DNA of 64,000 nucleotides from positions 68,933 to 132,932 of IMG/VR virus record IMGVR_UViG_3300028048_000071; one strand, given 5' to 3'. Of this stretch, positions 59,012 to 64,000 are shown one piece after another. The notes beneath the pieces are model-generated. The model saw only the letters and a program-made list of their open reading frames with translations, searched no databases and was not told the DNA's origin. Numbering within the stretch: position 1 is the stretch's first letter; the number at the start of each line of letters is the position of its first letter. Position numbers and translations under genes: made by a program. This stretch comes from a virus. Lineage: Duplodnaviria > Caudoviricetes.

Positions 59012-61258
59012 CTATTTTTTATCATTAAATAGTTCTAATAAAAACGTATCTCTATCAACCGTTTTATGGCGTGTTACAGCCATATTTAAGGCTTTTGTTT
59101 GTGTCACTATGTGACACATCTTTTTAGCCCTTGTGATAGCCGTATATAGCCATTCATTTGATAATAATATATATGAAGAATTGTCAAAGCCTACAATAGT
59201 CACTTTAAATTGAGAACCTTGACTTGAATGGCAGGTTATTGCATAAGCAAGTTCTAATCCTCCATAGTATTCAGAAGGAATAATTATTTCTCCCTCATCA
59301 AAGAAATCAACTATAATATAATTTTTATTAATTTCTTTTACTACTCCCATAGAGCCGTTATAAATACTTGTTTGAATACCATCTGGTGTTTCAACATCAT
59401 AATGATTTTCTCTATTTATAATTTTATCATTAACTCTTAAAACATTTTGATATTTTATTTTTATTTCTGGTTGAGATAATAACAATTTAGGATTTATTCT
59501 ATTTTGTATTTCCCTATTTATTTGGTCTCTACCTAACGCAACTCTTTGATTTTGAGCAACTATTATTTGAACATCTTGAATATTTTTATTATTTTTATTA
59601 TATTCATCCATAAATGTTTCTATCAATAAATTAAAAAGATTATCAGATTCTTGTCTTGCACATAAATGAAGGTCTCTTAATTGTCCATATATTTCATCGC
59701 CTTCATAATCTCCAGAAAGTAAAAATAATTTCTTCCTAATTTTTTGAGATGTCGTAATAATAGCACTTTTTTCTGCTTGTCTATGTATTTTAGTTAGGTT
59801 TACTAAATTTATTTTTTCACTAGCCATTAAATCACTTAACAAATTACCTACACCAATTGGAGGTAACTGACCATTATCTCCAAGCATTATTAATTTTGCT
59901 CCACGAGGTATTGCTTGTATTAAGCTCCAAAATAATTCAAGCCCAACCATAGAAACTTCATCTAAAATAACTACATCTACTGGCAAAGGAAAAGTTTCTC
60001 TGTATGTAAATATTTCTCCTTGCCATCCCAATAATCTATGAATTGTACTACTAGGATAACCAGTCGCTTCATTTATTCTTTTAGCTGCTTGTCCAGAAAA
60101 TGCACATTGCTTGATTATAGTGCTATAAGGGAAAATTTGATATGCACCTTTAATTATAGAAGTTTTACCAGTACCAGCCAAACCAACAACTAAAGATACA
60201 TTATTTTTTAAAATAGATTTTATTCCATTTAATTGTTCATCTGTAAAATCAAAACCTTGTTCTAGTTGTGTTTTATTTATTCCTCTTTCTATTTCTTCTT
60301 CGGTATATTCTTGACATTCGGCAGATTGCAAACTTAATAATTTATTAACGATTTTACATTCTAAATCATAATAATACATTAAAGCTATTTGCTCTTTTTC
60401 TTTATTATAATATACTTCCTTTTCTTTTATCATTTCTGATACACATTTATTGATATTTTCTAATGGTATTTTTAGTAGTTCTACTATTCTGTTTTCAAAA
60501 TCATCTATTTTTAACCAAGTAGAGCCATTATTATTAGCTTCATCTTTAAAAATATATCTTATTCCCGATTTTATTCTAAAAGGGTCATCAGGTTTTATAT
60601 TATATTTTAAGGCAATTTCATCTGCTCTTAAAAATCCAACTCCTTTTATATCATCAACTAAAATATAAGGATTCTTTTTAAATTTCTTTATAGCATTTTC
60701 GGCACTTCCATAAGTATCACATAATTTATTTATTAACAAAGGAGTAACCCCCAATGGTTTAAAGAAATTATATGCTGGAGCTAAATCCATAGTGGCATTA
60801 AATTTGCTTATAATTCTATTTGCCGTATGTTCTCCGATAAATTTAGCCTCCATTAATTTTTCTACATTGCCATTTTTAACATATTCAAAAGGGTCTTCAA
60901 ACGTGTCATATAGACTGTCAACTTGTCTATCTGTTAATATTTGTTCTAAAAATAATCTTTTTTCTTCTGGTGTTGTTAACTTAACATTTTCGTAGCCACC
61001 ATCAATTTTGAATTGCCATCCCCATTTTTCATCTTTTATGAAATCTCCCATAATAACATAATCGCCTTTTGGTTGTGGCTCAAAAGAAATTAATCCAGCA
61101 ACTTTAATTGTTTTCATTCCTTTTACTAAAATATTAGCAGTTTTATCTTCAGATTCCTCTATTATTTCTCTAACTACAGCGATGAAAGAAGCCCAATGAC
61201 TATCTGGGCTATAATACTTTATATCATCTTTATTCCTTATTGTTATTTTGAGTTTCAT
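59012..61258 (-). CDS. recD2: RecD2-like SF1B helicase
   Basis: NPY.L...IKGVGF..AD, GLAGTGKT, DEVSMV, GD.GQLPPIG, LAYAITCHSSQGSQ, YTAITRA. Confidence 0.92.
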   Translation of the reverse strand: MKLKITIRNKDDIKYYSPDSHWASFIAVVREIIEESEDKTANILVKGMKTIKVAGLISFEPQPKGDYVIMGDFIKDEKWGWQFKIDGGYENVKLTTPEEKRLFLEQILTDRQVDSLYDTFEDPFEYVKNGNVEKLMEAKFIGEHTANRIISKFNATMDLAPAYNFFKPLGVTPLLINKLCDTYGSAENAIKKFKKNPYILVDDIKGVGFLRADEIALKYNIKPDDPFRIKSGIRYIFKDEANNNGSTWLKIDDFENRIVELLKIPLENINKCVSEMIKEKEVYYNKEKEQIALMYYYDLECKIVNKLLSLQSAECQEYTEEEIERGINKTQLEQGFDFTDEQLNGIKSILKNNVSLVVGLAGTGKTSIIKGAYQIFPYSTIIKQCAFSGQAAKRINEATGYPSSTIHRLLGWQGEIFTYRETFPLPVDVVILDEVSMVGLELFWSLIQAIPRGAKLIMLGDNGQLPPIGVGNLLSDLMASEKINLVNLTKIHRQAEKSAIITTSQKIRKKLFLLSGDYEGDEIYGQLRDLHLCARQESDNLFNLLIETFMDEYNKNNKNIQDVQIIVAQNQRVALGRDQINREIQNRINPKLLLSQPEIKIKYQNVLRVNDKIINRENHYDVETPDGIQTSIYNGSMGVVKEINKNYIIVDFFDEGEIIIPSEYYGGLELAYAITCHSSQGSQFKVTIVGFDNSSYILLSNEWLYTAITRAKKMCHIVTQTKALNMAVTRHKTVDRDTFLLELFNDKK

Positions 61259-62144
61259 TCTTTATCACCTCAAACATATCATCAATATTATCTTTTAATT
61301 CATATCTGTCTGGGGAAGTAGATGTTTTAGCAAATTGTTGCTTAACTCCATCCACATACATAGTCATAGTTCCATCATCTCCTTGATAAAACTCATTCCA
61401 TTCATCGTTACTTAAGATATTTTTAACATCAAGTTGCTTAATAGCAAGATTATCAAAAGAAACAACTTTAAACTTATCTAAATATTTAGGAAGATTTTCT
61501 TTAAGCCAATTGATTTTATCATCTATATCTTTACCCATTTTAGTATTTTTAATTAATTCGGCACCTCTACCCCAATTTTTATAACCTAAAATTAATATTT
61601 TGCAGTTAAATTGGGCTAAATAATCAAAAACATCTTTTCCGTGGATACCGGCAATTAAATGAACTACGGCATTTTCATTCTCAGCAACAGCCTTCCACAT
61701 CATATCATAAGGTTTTAAATAAGAAACGCCTAATCCATAAATCAAATCTTCTTCTATAAGTTCGTTAATTAAGTTTACTTTATCAACAAATTCATTTTGA
61801 TGAACCGTAATACTAGGTAGAACGCCTTTACTTTTTAATTTTTGTAGGAACTCTTTCAATTGAGGATGGCTTGTAACTTTTCCTCCACCAATTGCCATTT
61901 CAGTTCCAGGTCTTAAACTATCTATGAATTTTAAATTCATAACATCTCCGTGTTCTCCATCTGGATTTGATTTTTCGTGGCACATTGGACACATTTGGTC
62001 ACACCAATTTGTGATTTTAAAATCCATACTAAGAGGGAAATCTAAATTAGGTTTTTCTCCGTCTGGAATATCTATTATACGAGTACCATCATCAAATATT
62101 TGTATTTTTGCATTTCCATTTTTATATTTATTTAATAATTTCAT
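61230..62144 (-). CDS. Radical SAM protein
   Basis: CDQMCPMCHE (CxxxCxxC), AIGGG. Confidence 0.88.
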   Translation of the reverse strand: MKLLNKYKNGNAKIQIFDDGTRIIDIPDGEKPNLDFPLSMDFKITNWCDQMCPMCHEKSNPDGEHGDVMNLKFIDSLRPGTEMAIGGGKVTSHPQLKEFLQKLKSKGVLPSITVHQNEFVDKVNLINELIEEDLIYGLGVSYLKPYDMMWKAVAENENAVVHLIAGIHGKDVFDYLAQFNCKILILGYKNWGRGAELIKNTKMGKDIDDKINWLKENLPKYLDKFKVVSFDNLAIKQLDVKNILSNDEWNEFYQGDDGTMTMYVDGVKQQFAKTSTSPDRYELKDNIDDMFEVIKNETQNNNKE

Positions 62145-62169
62145 TCAATACACCTCTCTATTATTTTAA

Positions 62170-62538
62170 TTAATTATACCCATAATAACCAAATGCTACT
62201 ACGCCTTCATATCTATCTTCAAAGGTTTCATATTCTATATAATCATAGTCATTAAACTCTTCATATGTATAATATTCTTTATCTGAATTTAAATAATCTT
62301 CTAATTCTTCTTCCCAGTCTGCGTCATCTTTATCATAATCTGGATGTTCTGATATAAATTCTTCTTTAAGTTTAGCCATTTCCTTTTCTGCTTCTTCTTT
62401 AGAAACTAATTTTTCATCCCATCTATCCCAATACATTTCTCCGTTTTTCCACTTATCAAAGTCGCTTTCTTTGCACATAGTAATTGAATGTGTACTAGAA
62501 CTATTAGTTTCAAATGTTCCTCTTCTTATTAACTTCAT
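62170..62538 (-). CDS. FETNSSSTH-motif protein 3
   Basis: MKLIRRGTFETNSSSTHSITMC. Confidence 0.75.
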   Translation of the reverse strand: MKLIRRGTFETNSSSTHSITMCKESDFDKWKNGEMYWDRWDEKLVSKEEAEKEMAKLKEEFISEHPDYDKDDADWEEELEDYLNSDKEYYTYEEFNDYDYIEYETFEDRYEGVVAFGYYGYN

Positions 62539-62539
62539 A

Positions 62540-63124
62540 TTATCTCTCCATTCCGTAAGGGCAATTTTCATTTTCAATATAAACCTTACTATTAAATATT
62601 ATATCTTTTATTCTAGCTTTGAACTTATCTTTATTATATTTACCGTTTTCATCCTCTTCTATATCTAGCATATTTTCTATAGAATCATATTCGGTATATG
62701 TTTGTTCAAAATATGGAAACCAATTATTTGAAGGCATTTCCATTTCTATCTCTGTTCCAGTTTCTTCAAAAACAACTTCTTTTAACCAAACAAATAAATC
62801 TTGAGTTATCAATTTTCTGAAATATTCTTTTTTATATATTTCATCATCTCTTCGTTCATATTCCCAATTTTCATAAAGTTCACTATCTTCATAAACAGAA
62901 GCAATCATATTTATTAAGAATCTTAATTTAGAAACTTCAGTGTTATGCGTATCACAAGCATAAGTTTCATCACTTCCACCAACATCTCCAAATTCAGATA
63001 CCATATAAACATCTTTATAATTTCTAGGAATATTATTTTCTTGTGGTTTTTCATATCTACATATACTTATACTATGTGTAGAACTACTATTTGTTTCAAA
63101 AACATTATTTCTTACTAATTTCAT
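62540..63124 (-). CDS. FETNSSSTH-motif protein 2
   Basis: MKLVRNNVFETNSSSTHSISIC. Confidence 0.75.
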   Translation of the reverse strand: MKLVRNNVFETNSSSTHSISICRYEKPQENNIPRNYKDVYMVSEFGDVGGSDETYACDTHNTEVSKLRFLINMIASVYEDSELYENWEYERRDDEIYKKEYFRKLITQDLFVWLKEVVFEETGTEIEMEMPSNNWFPYFEQTYTEYDSIENMLDIEEDENGKYNKDKFKARIKDIIFNSKVYIENENCPYGMER

Positions 63125-63127
63125 ATT

Positions 63128-63910
63128 CTAATTTCCTTTCAAAAATACATCATTTTCTTTTTCATATTCTCTTAATTTATCCCAAAATTCTCCAGTCTCA
63201 AGAGTATATTCATTCCAATATCTATCCCAATATTCATCTTTAATACAACCACGTTCATCTAACCATTCTTTTGGTGGCAATTCCCCTTTCTCATTCATTC
63301 TATGGTCTCCCTCTTTATAGTCATATTCAAATCCTATTGTTTTGATATTATAACCACGATATTCATCTCCACCAATAGTTATATAACTTTCTTTGTTGAA
63401 AATAAATCTTTTAATAAATTCATAATCATTAAAAACTTTATTAAGAAAATCATCTTCATCAGCAAATTGTCCAACGTGGTCAACATAAGGACTCCACCAA
63501 CTATCATTTCTAATGATTATATAATCTTTTACTAAATCATCTTTCCCATCGCTATCAATGTAATTAAATATATCATTAGGCTTTGGGTCTCCTTCATAAG
63601 GTTTATATTTAACTATGTTATAAACCTCATTATAAGCCTTATTAACATTTTCTTTAAATCTTTCTATCATTTCAGATGTTATTTTAAATTTATTTTCAGC
63701 CCACTCATTTAATTCTTTAATAGTTATATATACATAAGCAAGTTTTTCATCCCAGTTATCAACTAAACGGCTTTCTTCTCTCCCATAACTATAATTATGG
63801 TCTAAACTATCTCCTAATTCATAATTTTCATTATCTACTTTATGAGGAATTACAAGGGCGTGTGTAGAAGAAGAATTGGTTTCAAAGGTATTTCTTCTAA
63901 TTAACCTCAT
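63128..63910 (-). CDS. FETNSSSTH-motif protein 1
   Basis: MRLIRRNTFETNSSSTHALVIP. Confidence 0.75.
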   Translation of the reverse strand: MRLIRRNTFETNSSSTHALVIPHKVDNENYELGDSLDHNYSYGREESRLVDNWDEKLAYVYITIKELNEWAENKFKITSEMIERFKENVNKAYNEVYNIVKYKPYEGDPKPNDIFNYIDSDGKDDLVKDYIIIRNDSWWSPYVDHVGQFADEDDFLNKVFNDYEFIKRFIFNKESYITIGGDEYRGYNIKTIGFEYDYKEGDHRMNEKGELPPKEWLDERGCIKDEYWDRYWNEYTLETGEFWDKLREYEKENDVFLKGN

Positions 63911-64000
63911 TCTACCACCTCTCGCCTCTATAAATACTCATTATAATATTATCTCCAAGTTCTTTTTGTTCAACTTCGGCATAATTATCAATATATTCTT

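Noticed and set aside
1665-63535. Short antisense or nested ORFs in the track (e.g. 1665, 6012, 8324, 16908, 45470, 47898, 60450)
   Set aside because: They shadow longer genes or RNA genes and lack SD sites and recognisable motifs.
1-64000. Stop-codon reassignment
   Set aside because: Genes are full length and densely packed under the standard bacterial code, and no suppressor tRNA is among the 20 found.

Overview
AT-rich segment of a large tailed phage genome with a Firmicutes-type host (strong AGGAGG SD sites, sigmaA-type promoters, GH25/Cpl-7/LysM endolysin). Plus strand 1-17.7 kb: tail, lysis and tail-fibre genes ending in an array of nine short receptor-binding-type cassettes. Plus strand 17.8-38.6 kb: replication and nucleotide metabolism (PAPS-reductase-like protein, cysteine desulfurase, AAA ATPase, primase-helicase, DnaE, RNA ligase, tdk, intron-split nrdD, nrdG, dut). 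Minus strand 39-64 kb: 20 tRNAs (tRNA-Leu(UAA) split by an HNH-carrying group I intron), tmRNA, five Y-RNA-like units, RNA-repair enzymes, thyX, RecD2 and a radical SAM cluster. Main finding, 13118-17702: an apparent translational 1-of-9 selector. Four poly-G tracts in two leader ORFs form a ternary decision tree. The tree has ten possible stop codons. Nine map one-to-one onto the nine cassettes and one relays to the second leader. Two stops overlap their target start directly. The other eight lie in leader segments complementary to the SD-less region just upstream of one distant target, in nested order. All pairings and frames were worked out by hand; the mechanism is inference.
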